Origin: an uncultured bacterium
Lineage (GTDB): Bacteria; Oederibacteriota; JAAXVQ01; JAUVAV01
Length of the DNA: 64,000 nucleotides
Assembly (NCBI GenBank): GCA_963710755.1
Contig: CAVQBK010000003.1
Coordinates: forward strand, 1,088,001 to 1,152,000
Direction of reading: 5' to 3'
Under the pieces are notes generated by a model. The model worked only from the letters and a program-made list of their open reading frames with translations, was not told where the DNA came from and ran no database searches. This document shows, one piece after another, positions 1-9,972 of the stretch (position 1 is the stretch's first letter; each line of letters begins with the position of its first letter). The translations under genes and the position numbers were made by a program.

Positions 1-3
1 GCT

Positions 4-984
4 TTGCATGAGCTGGAGACCCGGATACAACCGTGGCTGCCCCGACATCAGCTTTCCAGGCTAGGGTCTCGTCAAGTCCGGCCGGTGCTCTCAGGACCGG
101 GGACAGCTTATTTGAAGGTGGCCGAAGGGTGTTCGCGGCGCTGCGCCTTTTGTCTTATACCGCAATTGCGAGGCCCCTTGCATTCGCTTGCCATGGATGC
201 TATTGTGGAAGAGGCGCAACACTTGGTCAGGGCGGGAGCAAGAGAATTGGTGCTGGTGGCTCAGGATACCACCAGTTATGGCCAGGATCTTGACCGTCAC
301 AGCACCTTGCCCCATCTCATTGATCGCTTGGTAAAGATTCGGGGCCTGGAATGGCTGCGGCTCATGTATCTTAATCCTGACAGTATTAGCGAAGCGCTGC
401 TGCAGCGCTTCGTACACGAATCCAAAGTGGTGCCCTATATCGATATGCCCATTCAACATGCCCGGCGCCATCTGCTGCGGCGTATGCGGCGCAACGGAAG
501 CAGCGGGCAGTGGCTGGACCTGATCACCAGGATCAGGCGGCTGTTGCCCGAGGTCAGTCTGCGTACCACAGTGCTCACCGGATTTCCCGGGGAGACGGAA
601 ACGGACCATCAGGCACTGAAAATCTTTTTGCAAAAAGCCCGCTTTGATCGCTTGGGTGTGTTTACCTACTCCAAAGAAGCCGGCACGGCCGCCGCCAACA
701 TGACGCCACAAGTTCATCCTGCCACCAAATTAAGAAGACAGCGTGAGATCATGTTGTTGCAGGAACCCATCAGCCAGGTGCAACTGCACCATCGCCTGGG
801 ACGGAGTGTGCGCTGTTTGGTGGAGGAAGCTTCCGGCCGCCGGCATGTGCTGGCACGGACACCCTGGGATGCGCCTGAAATTGACGGCGCCATTATATTG
901 CGAGGTCAGGCCCAACCGGGCAGCATGGTGACCGCTGAGGTCACCGGCGCCACCATTCATGATCTGGAAGGAATTATCCTGTGA
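4..984 (+). CDS. rimO: Ribosomal protein S12 methylthiotransferase (5' end outside window)
   Basis: AYLKVAEGCSRRCAFCLIP radical SAM motif, AQDTTSYG, C-terminal APEIDG TRAM domain; the rimO-pgsA-pgpA order is typical. Confidence 0.9.
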   Translation: MHELETRIQPWLPRHQLSRLGSRQVRPVLSGPGTAYLKVAEGCSRRCAFCLIPQLRGPLHSLAMDAIVEEAQHLVRAGARELVLVAQDTTSYGQDLDRHSTLPHLIDRLVKIRGLEWLRLMYLNPDSISEALLQRFVHESKVVPYIDMPIQHARRHLLRRMRRNGSSGQWLDLITRIRRLLPEVSLRTTVLTGFPGETETDHQALKIFLQKARFDRLGVFTYSKEAGTAAANMTPQVHPATKLRRQREIMLLQEPISQVQLHHRLGRSVRCLVEEASGRRHVLARTPWDAPEIDGAIILRGQAQPGSMVTAEVTGATIHDLEGIIL

Positions 985-1616
985 GTTGGATCAAAACCAT
1001 CAGCCATTTGAATCTGCCCAATAAACTGACCTTGAGCAGGATTGCAGCCGCGCCCCTGCTCATGGTATGCTTGCTTTCGGAGACGCTGATCGGGCAATAC
1101 CTAAGTCTGATTATCTTTATCGCCGCGGCCATAACCGATTATTGGGACGGCCGTCTGGCACGGGAACGTCAGCTGGTCACTAATTTTGGAAAAATCATGG
1201 ATCCTTTGGCGGATAAGTTGCTGGTCACCACGGCATTTGTGTCCTTTGTTCAAATGGATTATGCTCCGGCCTGGATGGTCATCCTGATCATTGGCCGTGA
1301 ATTTGCAATCACCGGGTTGCGCGTACTGGCCGCAGCCCAGGGCAAAGTGATAGCTGCCTCCGCTGCCGGTAAACACAAAACCATTTCTCAGATTGTCACT
1401 ATCATTTTAATTCTCAGCGTCAACGCAGTGGTGGTTTCGTTAAAGGCCTGGGTGCCGCCCTGGCAGGAGACGTTGCGTCATCTCGGCCCCTTTGGCACAA
1501 GCCTTCTCTTCGTGGCTGATCATGTCCCCTATTGGTCCATGTTTATCGTGGCCCTGCTTTCCCTCTATTCCGGGTTGGATTACCTGGCAAAAAATAAGGA
1601 GCTTTTTCGGGAATGA
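981..1616 (+). CDS. pgsA: CDP-diacylglycerol--glycerol-3-phosphate 3-phosphatidyltransferase
   Basis: NLPNKLTLSR; TDYWDGRLAR...FGKIMDPLADK CDP-alcohol phosphotransferase motif. Confidence 0.95.
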   Translation: MSWIKTISHLNLPNKLTLSRIAAAPLLMVCLLSETLIGQYLSLIIFIAAAITDYWDGRLARERQLVTNFGKIMDPLADKLLVTTAFVSFVQMDYAPAWMVILIIGREFAITGLRVLAAAQGKVIAASAAGKHKTISQIVTIILILSVNAVVVSLKAWVPPWQETLRHLGPFGTSLLFVADHVPYWSMFIVALLSLYSGLDYLAKNKELFRE

Positions 1617-2071
1617 TGATGAAACGTTATCTGATATTGGCTTTGGCAACCTGCGGCGGGGTTGGTTTTTTCCCCTGGGCCTCAGGCACCCTGGCCTCCC
1701 TGGTGGCTATGGGGCCTTATTATCTTTTGCAACCCCATCCTTTGGCCTATGCTGTGACCACCGTGGCGGTGATCTTGGTCGGCCTGGCGGTTTCCGGTAT
1801 TGCGGAGGATGTTTTGCAGCAAAAAGATCCACACCCCGTGGTGATTGATGAAGTGGCGGGCTACCTGATTGCTGCAGCCTATCTTCCGGCCCACTGGATC
1901 TATCCGGTGGCTGCATTTTTTCTCTTCCGTCTCTTTGATGTCTGGAAACCTTCTCTGATTGGCCGGTCGCAAAATCTGCCTCGAGGCTGGGGCATCATGA
2001 TGGACGACATCCTGGCCGGCCTATTAACCAATTTAATCCTGCAGGCGCTGCGTTGGCTGTTGCCCTTTTGA
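1613..2071 (+). CDS. pgpA: Phosphatidylglycerophosphatase A
   Basis: KDPHPVVIDEVAG, FRLFDVWKP, GWGIMMDDILAG. Confidence 0.93.
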   Translation: MMMKRYLILALATCGGVGFFPWASGTLASLVAMGPYYLLQPHPLAYAVTTVAVILVGLAVSGIAEDVLQQKDPHPVVIDEVAGYLIAAAYLPAHWIYPVAAFFLFRLFDVWKPSLIGRSQNLPRGWGIMMDDILAGLLTNLILQALRWLLPF

Positions 2072-2152
2072 ACCGGCTATATGTTTCCAGACGCTGCGAT
2101 TTTTTTAGCAGCCAGTAGGTCTCTAACTCACACCTTTAAAATGGAGGTGCCC

Positions 2153-3553
2153 ATGGCACGAACCAAAATGATTTTTACACTGGGCCCGGCGAGTGATGCA
2201 CCGGGCATGATGAAGGCTTTGATTGAAGCAGGCATGGATTGCGCCCGGCTGAATTTTTCTCACGGCGACCATGCGGAACATGCCCGGCGTCTCCAACGCC
2301 TGCGGGCTGTAAGTAAACGGTTAAATCAACCCGTAGCCAGTTTGTTGGATTTGACCGGACCTAAATTGAGGGTGGGACACTTCGAGCAAGGCCATATTGC
2401 ACTTAAACCCAAAGAAGAAATCCTGCTGACACCGCGGGCCGTGGTGGGCAAGCCGGGCTTAATCCCCATCAGTTACGCCCATCTGGCCAAGGATGTTAAC
2501 GCCGGCGATGTCATTTTGCTGGATGACGGTCTGTTGCAGGTGAAGGTTTTGCGCACGGTCGGCCAAGACATCCATGCCAAGGTGCAGGTGGGGGGCGACC
2601 TTAAGGATCATAAGGGTCTTAATTTGCCGGGGGTGGCCCTTTCCATTCCCGCCCTCACCTCCAAGGATTTGGACGATTTGCATTTTGGCCTGAAACTGGG
2701 GGTTGACCTGGTAGCCCTGTCGTTCGTCCGGGCAGCCAAAGAAATTGTGAAACTGAAAAAAATTATTGCACAACAGGGTTCACGGGCCCTGGTCATTGCC
2801 AAGATCGAAAAACCGGAAGCTATTCCCGCTTTGGAAGAAATAATTCAAGCCGCCGATGGTGTTATGGTGGCCAGGGGAGACCTGGGCGTGGAGATGCATC
2901 TGGAGAAGGTTCCCACCTTGCAAAAGAAAATCATTACCCTGGCCAATCGTTATGGCCGGGTGGTAATTACAGCCACGCAAATGTTGCAAACCATGATGGA
3001 CAATCCCACGCCTACCAGGGCGGAGGCGTCTGATGTCGCCAACGCCATTTTTGACGGCACGGATGCGGTCATGCTTTCCGGTGAGACCGCAGCCGGTCAT
3101 TACCCCAAACAGGCGGCCCGGATGATGGAGCGGATCCTCATAGAAGCGGAACAAGCGCCGCAATATAACCGCCTGACAGCCGCCGTGGACCTGGATACGC
3201 CGGAAGATGCTGTGGTGGCATCAGCCGTGGAACTGGCGGAAAAAGTTCACGCCCATGCCATGGTCATTTTCACGACCAGTGGCTATACAGCCAAGTTGGT
3301 TTCCCGTCAGCGGCCGCAAGTGCCGGTGTTGGTACTGGCCCACGATGCTATGGTGCAACGGCAATTAAGCCTGTGGTGGGGCCTGGATTGTCTGCTGAGC
3401 CGCAAACAACCGGCTTTGGAGGCCGTGGTCAAGGCGGCGGAAAAATTATTGTTACAGAAGAAAAGAATCAAGGCCGGGCAAACTATTGTCATTGTGACTA
3501 GCTCCCTGGGGGATACTAAACCCAATTTTATTAAAGTTCATACTGTAGGGTAA
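2153..3553 (+). CDS. pyk: Pyruvate kinase
   Basis: RTKMIFTLGP, RLNFSHG, IAKIEK, MVARGDLGVE, ATQML, DAVMLSGETA; start chosen at ATG 2153 after a GGAGG RBS. Confidence 0.97.
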   Translation: MARTKMIFTLGPASDAPGMMKALIEAGMDCARLNFSHGDHAEHARRLQRLRAVSKRLNQPVASLLDLTGPKLRVGHFEQGHIALKPKEEILLTPRAVVGKPGLIPISYAHLAKDVNAGDVILLDDGLLQVKVLRTVGQDIHAKVQVGGDLKDHKGLNLPGVALSIPALTSKDLDDLHFGLKLGVDLVALSFVRAAKEIVKLKKIIAQQGSRALVIAKIEKPEAIPALEEIIQAADGVMVARGDLGVEMHLEKVPTLQKKIITLANRYGRVVITATQMLQTMMDNPTPTRAEASDVANAIFDGTDAVMLSGETAAGHYPKQAARMMERILIEAEQAPQYNRLTAAVDLDTPEDAVVASAVELAEKVHAHAMVIFTTSGYTAKLVSRQRPQVPVLVLAHDAMVQRQLSLWWGLDCLLSRKQPALEAVVKAAEKLLLQKKRIKAGQTIVIVTSSLGDTKPNFIKVHTVG

Positions 3554-3583
3554 GATCAAAAAAAATGTCGCGCCCGGTTGTAT

Positions 3584-3610
3584 TCAGACCGTTTCCTGGA
3601 GACGGTCTGA
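3584..3610 (+). terminator. Hairpin after pyk (possible terminator)
   Basis: tcagaccgtttc / gagacggtctga 12-bp stem with one G-T pair; weak U tract. Confidence 0.45.
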
Positions 3611-3800
3611 TAAATTAGTCGTTGATCCGGCTATGGATATACAGTAAAATAAAGCGTTTTATTGTGTGTCCCACCACTTCCAACGGGTGTTAAACCATAA
3701 CCAAGACGTTATTGGGTTAATCATGCAGGTTAACAGACAACGCCATAGATTGCCTCATGTTGTTGGTGCTGCATCCCTATATTCTAAGGCAGGTGATTCC

Positions 3801-5567
3801 ATGCGTTCATGGCTCAGGGTAATGCTCACCCTTTTATTTCTGTCTTTGTCCGGTTTTTCCCGGGGCGCGGACAGCCTTCTGGGAACAGCGGGAAAACTTT
3901 TACAAATCGGGGTAAGCAGCCGCGCTATTGCCATGGGCGAAGCCTATACCGCCGTGGCGGACAATGTAGACGCCCTCTATTGGAATCCAGCCGGATTGGC
4001 CGATGTAAGTCAATTGGAACTGACCTACATGCATAATTTATGGTTGCTGGATATGCAGAACGCCTATTTGGCCTATGCTCAGCCGCTAATTGGCGGTGGT
4101 CTGGGCTTGGGGATCAATTATTTTAATTTCGGTGAGTTTCAAACCTATGATATTGACAGCAACCATTATCCTGTTCCCTTGAATAAAGTCATTACCCCAT
4201 ACAGTGTGGTGATATCCGCAGGCTATGGGATGAACCTCAGTCGCCTGGGTTCTTTGGGTGGCACACTCAAGTTGCTATCGGAAAACGTGGACAATTTCAG
4301 CAGCATGAGCATGGTGCTGGATCTGGGGGTGCAGCTCAAGGACCTTTTTGTGACTGGGCTTAAGGGTGGGGTGATGATTCAAAATCTGGGCACCTCCATC
4401 GAGAACTACAGCCTGCCCTTTAATGTACGCCTCGGTCTGTCCTACCCGTTGCCCTACCTGATTGATGCTGAGCATGATGCTTTTACCATAGCTTGTGATG
4501 GCCGGCTGCCCTTGCCCTTGGACGAGTCCTATTCTGTCAACATGGGCCTGGAATATAATTATCATAATGTGGTTTTTGGCCGAGCCGGCTATAAGTTTTC
4601 TCAAATCAATCAATTGGGCGGTGCTGCCGGATTAAGCGCAGGTGTGGGGGTCAGGCTTTTCAACTTTGCCCTTGATTACGCCCTTTCGCCCATGGGCGCG
4701 TTAGGCTTGGTTCACCGCGTCACTTTATCTGCTCAATTTGAAGTCACAAAAGCAGCAACATCTCCCGAAACACCACGTTATAAAAAGACCAAGCTGGTTC
4801 AACACCGGCAAGCGGTTGGACTGGGATCGAGCCAAACCACTGATTTGAATGATATGATGACCTCACTAACTCGGTTAAGCATGCGCAATCCTATCAGTGT
4901 TGTGGTGGATGCCCAAGTGGATCCCAAGGATCAGTCCAAGATTAAAAAAGCAGTTTTTGAAATCCACATGAACATCAGCAAAGCGGTTAGACGGTGGGGC
5001 TTGAAAATACTCAATGCCAATGGTGACCTGCTGCAAGGCTTCTCAGGGGAAGGGCAACCTCCAAAACTCACCTGGGATGGTAAAAACCGGGATGGCCAGA
5101 TCGTGCCGGAATCAATCTTTGCCACCTATACTCTGGAAATGCTCCTGCAGGACGGCAGTGTGGAAAATCTTAAAGGGAAACTCATGGGCAACCATCAGGA
5201 ACCACAGGCCGCAGAACCTGACCGTAAGACTTTGGAGCCTATTTATTTTGAGGAAAATTCGGCGGATTTGACGCCCGAAGCCATTGAACGTCTGAAGAAG
5301 GCAGCGGAAGAAATAAAAAGCCGCCCCTACGTTAAAATCCTAATCAGCGGACATGCCGATGCTGCCGGGGAAAAGGACTCCAGCTTTTTATTGTCCAAAA
5401 CCAGGATCGACCGTGTGGTGCGCTATCTGACCGCGATTTACAAAATACCCTTGTCCAGCATAGCCACCCGCGCTTTTGGTTTTAAAAAACCTGCTTCCAG
5501 CAACCAGACCGAAGCTGGTCAAGAAAAAAACCGGCGGGTGGAAATTACCATTGTGTATAAAAAATAA
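3801..5567 (+). CDS. PorV/PorQ-family beta-barrel fused to FlgD-like Ig and OmpA-like peptidoglycan-binding domains
   Basis: Signal peptide; GVSSRAIAMGEAYTAVADNVDALYWNPAGL (PorV/PorQ N-terminal motif); LTWDGKNRDG; IYFEENSA...SGHAD...NRRVEI (OmpA C-terminal). Confidence 0.75.
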   Translation: MRSWLRVMLTLLFLSLSGFSRGADSLLGTAGKLLQIGVSSRAIAMGEAYTAVADNVDALYWNPAGLADVSQLELTYMHNLWLLDMQNAYLAYAQPLIGGGLGLGINYFNFGEFQTYDIDSNHYPVPLNKVITPYSVVISAGYGMNLSRLGSLGGTLKLLSENVDNFSSMSMVLDLGVQLKDLFVTGLKGGVMIQNLGTSIENYSLPFNVRLGLSYPLPYLIDAEHDAFTIACDGRLPLPLDESYSVNMGLEYNYHNVVFGRAGYKFSQINQLGGAAGLSAGVGVRLFNFALDYALSPMGALGLVHRVTLSAQFEVTKAATSPETPRYKKTKLVQHRQAVGLGSSQTTDLNDMMTSLTRLSMRNPISVVVDAQVDPKDQSKIKKAVFEIHMNISKAVRRWGLKILNANGDLLQGFSGEGQPPKLTWDGKNRDGQIVPESIFATYTLEMLLQDGSVENLKGKLMGNHQEPQAAEPDRKTLEPIYFEENSADLTPEAIERLKKAAEEIKSRPYVKILISGHADAAGEKDSSFLLSKTRIDRVVRYLTAIYKIPLSSIATRAFGFKKPASSNQTEAGQEKNRRVEITIVYKK

Positions 5568-5603
5568 ATAGATGCATTATCCCGGGGAAGGCAAGGGCGC
5601 GTC

Positions 5604-6086
5604 ATGATGAGAAAAGGCATCCTATTTTTAATGATCATATCAGCAATAGGAATACGTGCTGCCCTGAGTCATGCTACGTCAACCGCCACGCCATCGTTTA
5701 CACCTCCCCCACTATTCACCATCACCCTTACATTAACACCCGCACGGCCAAGTATGCCAACAGCTGCCAGCAGCAAGAGGCCTATCTGCATTATCACCCC
5801 CTTTGGCCTGGAGCGAAATAAAGTCGTTGCCTATCCCATGCCTGCCAAAGGAGAAACGGTCTGATGCTATTACTAACTGCAAGGTCCGGCGGAAGTGAGC
5901 AGTGATATTTACAAATTACCCCGGGAAAAGGGTGATACCTTAACCTCGGCAACCAGCCAAAGCTGGGAGGCAGAACCGTCTGGGATATCCGGCATGTGAC
6001 CCCGGGTGTTTATTTTTGCCGTGCCCAGCAACGATGATGTGGGCGGGCGCTCCATCGGGCCGCAAAAGCTTACTGTAATTAAATAA
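5604..6086 (+). pseudogene. Decayed small secreted protein with Thr/Pro-rich linker and T9SS-CTD-like tail
   Basis: The ORF stops after VVAYPMPAKGETV. Downstream fragments in shifting frames read GPAEVSSDIY, VWDIRHVTPGVYF and GPQKLTVIK*, with internal stops. Confidence 0.6.
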
Positions 6087-6178
6087 TCTTCCGCGCTTTC
6101 CTCTTTGGCGGTAGGCAGTGACTGCAACTTCGGTCACCATGGATAATAACGTCTTATTGATCAGGAGCATCTTTCACA

Positions 6179-7822
6179 ATGCTTAAAATCGTTACCACCA
6201 CAGAAATGCAGGCCATAGATCAAGCGGCCTCCGCGGCTCATGGCCTGCCTAGTCAGGTCTTGATGGAAAACGCCGGTCAGGCCCTGGCGCAAATGGCCAG
6301 GACTATTACAGCTCCCTTGGCGAAACCCAGGATTGCCGTGCTGTGCGGGCCGGGTAAAAACGGGGGGGACGGCCTGGTTTGTGCCCGTTATTTGATACAA
6401 GCCCAGGCAGAAGTTGCGGTCTTTTTAACAGGCTCTACCATTAAAAGCAAAGAAGTGCAGGGCAATCTTCGGGCCCTTAAAGCCACGGGCGCAATGGTGT
6501 TTCAAGCCGGCAAGACGATTGGCGCCAACTGGATCGCCATGCTGGAACGTGCGGATTTAATCATTGATGCTCTCCTGGGGATTGGGTTGCAGGGCCAACC
6601 GCGGGAACCTATGGCGGCATTAATTCATGCGGTCAATCAATCCCGGGCCCTGGTCCTGGCAGCGGACGTGCCCACAGGACTTGACGCGGACAGGGGAGAG
6701 GCCAGTGCGGTCACCGTGGCGGCTGATTTTACCCTGACCTTTGGTCTTCCTAAAAAAGGTTTTTTTCAACCTCAGGCCGCACCCTGGGTCGGGCAACTAA
6801 GTGTGGACCCTATTGGTTTCCCGGAGGTGCTGCTCAGTTCCGGTGAAAACGAAGTGGGCTATGTGGATCAAGTGACCGCCAGTCGCCTTCTGCCCAAACG
6901 GGCCGTGAATGCCCATAAAAAAAATACGGGCAAGGTGGCGATCATCGGTGGTTCCGGTGCTTACCACGGGGCAGTGCTGTTGGCGGCCCGCGGTGCCTTA
7001 CGGGTGGGCAGCGGTCATGTGACGCTGGCTTATCCTGATAAACTAAATGTTATTATCCGCGAACACGCTTTGGAAACATTATGCGTGCCTTTGCCTTGCA
7101 ACCGGCATTGTGTGCTCGACAAGAGTGCTTTGCCGGCGATGATGGCCTTGTCGGAAGACAAGGATGCCGTGGTCATTGGTCCGGGCATGGGTTGGGAAAA
7201 ATGCACTCAACAATTGATCCAGGCTTACGTTAGGAAGGTCAAGCGGCCCCTAGCTGTGGTGATCGATGCCGACGCCTTGCACGCCTTGGCCGAAGCCCCT
7301 GCCCCCCTATCCGAGGGGAACGGACCCATACTTATTTTAACACCCCATGAAGGCGAAGCCGCCATATTGTTGGGATGCTCGCCGACGGAGATTCACGCCG
7401 ATCGACCTCGGGCTGCACGGGCTATTGCAGAAAAGTACCGGGCCATCGTGGTATTAAAAGGCCAGCATACGCTGGTGACCGCATCCGGTCACCCTGGTTT
7501 AATTATGGGCAGTGGCACGCAAGCACTGGCAGTGGCAGGTACAGGGGATGTACTCAGCGGTGTGATTGGCTCCCTGGCGGCCCAGAAACTGGCGCCTCGG
7601 GAAGCAGCTCTCCTAGGCAGCTATCTCCATGGCTTGGCCGGCACCTTGGTAAGTCCTGACCCCATAGGGTTGGGGGCCCGGGCAGGAGAAATCGCCGATG
7701 CTTTACTTAAGGCCTTGGCCGTATTGCGTTATCATCCTAAAACATACCAGGCTCAATGGGATCTCCAAAAGCCTGTAGAACTCAAAACCACCAAATCAGC
7801 AAAGGGGAAAGCTAAATCATGA
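6179..7822 (+). CDS. nnr: Bifunctional NAD(P)H-hydrate epimerase/dehydratase (YjeF)
   Basis: LMENAG, GPGKNGGDG, DALLGIG, DVPTG, IDADAL, LTPHEGE, AGTGDVLSG. Confidence 0.93.
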   Translation: MLKIVTTTEMQAIDQAASAAHGLPSQVLMENAGQALAQMARTITAPLAKPRIAVLCGPGKNGGDGLVCARYLIQAQAEVAVFLTGSTIKSKEVQGNLRALKATGAMVFQAGKTIGANWIAMLERADLIIDALLGIGLQGQPREPMAALIHAVNQSRALVLAADVPTGLDADRGEASAVTVAADFTLTFGLPKKGFFQPQAAPWVGQLSVDPIGFPEVLLSSGENEVGYVDQVTASRLLPKRAVNAHKKNTGKVAIIGGSGAYHGAVLLAARGALRVGSGHVTLAYPDKLNVIIREHALETLCVPLPCNRHCVLDKSALPAMMALSEDKDAVVIGPGMGWEKCTQQLIQAYVRKVKRPLAVVIDADALHALAEAPAPLSEGNGPILILTPHEGEAAILLGCSPTEIHADRPRAARAIAEKYRAIVVLKGQHTLVTASGHPGLIMGSGTQALAVAGTGDVLSGVIGSLAAQKLAPREAALLGSYLHGLAGTLVSPDPIGLGARAGEIADALLKALAVLRYHPKTYQAQWDLQKPVELKTTKSAKGKAKS

Positions 7823-8289
7823 AACAGTATACCGCCAAGGATGTGATGAACACCACCATCCATTCGGTCACACCCGAGACCAGCGTCAAGGATCTGGTCA
7901 AATTTTTAATGGATCATCAAATTTCCGGCGCACCGGTTATGGATGAGCAGGGACAGCTGGCAGGTGTGGTGACCGAAGGGGATCTGATTTTTCGGGATGC
8001 CAATGTTCACCTGCCCACAGTGGTGGCCATTTTTGATTCCATCATTTATCTGGAAAATCCGCGTAAGTATGAGCATGAACTTCAAAAAATCATTGGCGGA
8101 AAAGTCCGCGATATCATGAGCACGGACCTGCTTACTATAACCCCGGAAACCACCATGCAGGAGATGGCCACTATCATGCATGAAAAGAAACGGCATCTGT
8201 TACCAGTGGTAGATCAAGGCAAAATGGTAGGAATCGTGGGCAAGGCCGACCTGGTGAGAGCCATTGCAAACGAAGAATTTTTTGATTAA
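7819..8289 (+). CDS. CBS domain pair protein
   Basis: AKDVM...ISGAPV...GVVTEGDL; VRDIM...LPVV...GIVGKADL. Confidence 0.9.
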   Translation: MKQYTAKDVMNTTIHSVTPETSVKDLVKFLMDHQISGAPVMDEQGQLAGVVTEGDLIFRDANVHLPTVVAIFDSIIYLENPRKYEHELQKIIGGKVRDIMSTDLLTITPETTMQEMATIMHEKKRHLLPVVDQGKMVGIVGKADLVRAIANEEFFD

Positions 8290-9469
8290 TACCTCCCAAA
8301 TCAACGCGGCCGCTCAAGCGCTTAGGAGGTCTTTGCGGCAATGGCGGCGCCAGATTCACCGCCATCCGGAACTGGGATTTCAGGAACGCCGGACCGCGGC
8401 CCTGGTGGCCAAGGTCTGCCGGCAGGCAGGCTGGACCGTTACCACTGGCATTGCCCAAACCGGCGTGGTGGCACTGTTGGGAGAGAAAGATAAGGGACCT
8501 GTGATTGCCCTGCGGGCGGATATGGATGCTTTGCCGATCCAGGAAACAGGGGCCCGCACCTATGCGTCCCTGGTGCCCAACGTGATGCATGCCTGCGGTC
8601 ATGACGGCAATACCACTATGGCGCTCGGAGCAGCCACCCTATTGGGGCGCTTTCAAGCCCATCTGAAAGGCCGGGTGAAACTCATCTTTCAGCCTTGTGA
8701 GGAATTTCCTCCGGGAGGTGCCAAGGCCATGATTAAAGCGGGGGTGCTGCGCCGGCCAACGCCGGATTTAATTTTGGCGGCCCATATGGATGCCCAATTG
8801 CCGGCGGGTATGGTGGGCCTGAAGCCGGGCATCATCATGGCCAATGTGGGTAAATTTAAAATTACCCTTACCGGCAAGGGCGGACATGGTGCCATGCCAC
8901 ATCGTTGTGTCGATCCGGTCGTGATTGCAGCCCAAGTAATCACCAATCTGCAACATATCATTTCCCGCGAGCGTGATCCCCTGGCCCCTGAAGTTTTAAC
9001 AATTGGTAAATGCGCAGCCGGGTCGGCGTACAACGTCATCGCCCAGGAAGCCATCTTGGAAGGGACCATTCGGTCTCTCACCCCGCAGGAGCGACACCAT
9101 TTGCCTCTTCAGATCAAACGGATCGCCCAGGCTGTTGCCCGGGCCCACCGTGCCCGGGCCGAGGTTTTGATTGAAGATGGGCACCCGGCGTTATACAATG
9201 ACGCCCAGGCCACAGCACTGGTGCACCAAGCCGCAAGTAGGGTGCTGGGGCCAAGGCGGGTGAAGGTCTTTGATCGTCCGGCGATGTCTGGAGAGGACTT
9301 TACCTATTTCGCAGCCGAGCGGCCAGCCTGTTTCTTTCATGTGGGCGGAGGCTTTAAAGAAAAAGATCGCAATTATCCCTGGCATCATCCCTGCTTTGAT
9401 TTTGACGAAATGGGACTGGTCACCGGGACCGCGGTTTTAACCAAAACAGTATTGGACTACCTTGCATGA
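8264..9469 (+). CDS. M20D family amidohydrolase
   Basis: HRHPELGFQE, LRADMDALP, MHACGHD, FQPCEE, GKGGHG, GEDF; start codon uncertain. Confidence 0.9.
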   Translation: MQTKNFLINTSQINAAAQALRRSLRQWRRQIHRHPELGFQERRTAALVAKVCRQAGWTVTTGIAQTGVVALLGEKDKGPVIALRADMDALPIQETGARTYASLVPNVMHACGHDGNTTMALGAATLLGRFQAHLKGRVKLIFQPCEEFPPGGAKAMIKAGVLRRPTPDLILAAHMDAQLPAGMVGLKPGIIMANVGKFKITLTGKGGHGAMPHRCVDPVVIAAQVITNLQHIISRERDPLAPEVLTIGKCAAGSAYNVIAQEAILEGTIRSLTPQERHHLPLQIKRIAQAVARAHRARAEVLIEDGHPALYNDAQATALVHQAASRVLGPRRVKVFDRPAMSGEDFTYFAAERPACFFHVGGGFKEKDRNYPWHHPCFDFDEMGLVTGTAVLTKTVLDYLA

Positions 9470-9822
9470 CCTTGAAAAAAACGATAATTCTAATGATGGT
9501 AATCCTTGCCACGGGCTGTGCAGGAATGCCCGTCAGACCGGAGCAGTTGCAAATTACCATTGAACCCCGCCAACTCTCTCCTGGGGCGGTGGTAACCGTG
9601 ACCGTGATTTCGCCGGTGGCCTTGAAAACAGCCAGTGGCCGCTTGGATTTGCCGGGAATGCCCTTGATCCCTTTGAAATCTCTTGATGCAAAAACCTGGA
9701 TTTGGAGAACCCAGATCCCTCTGGAAGCCAGTTGGCGGCCGGGACGCTATCGTATCGTGGTGCAAGGGCTAACCACAACGGGGGAGACCCTGTTTGGAGA
9801 AACGTGGATTACAGCTCCCTAG
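9466..9822 (+). CDS. Putative lipoprotein
   Basis: Lipobox-like LATGC; ATGA overlap with the upstream gene. Confidence 0.65.
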   Translation: MTLKKTIILMMVILATGCAGMPVRPEQLQITIEPRQLSPGAVVTVTVISPVALKTASGRLDLPGMPLIPLKSLDAKTWIWRTQIPLEASWRPGRYRIVVQGLTTTGETLFGETWITAP

Positions 9823-9972
9823 CCAGAGCTGCTTAAAACCAACAGGAGTATAGGTTTCAGGTATTTAAGTATGCCCAAGACCACAGCTTTACCATTGATT
9901 CACAAACCATTCAGTCCATAGCGGCTGTAGAAACGCCTATCAACCCGACGGGGCAGGCATTGCAGGAGGCAA

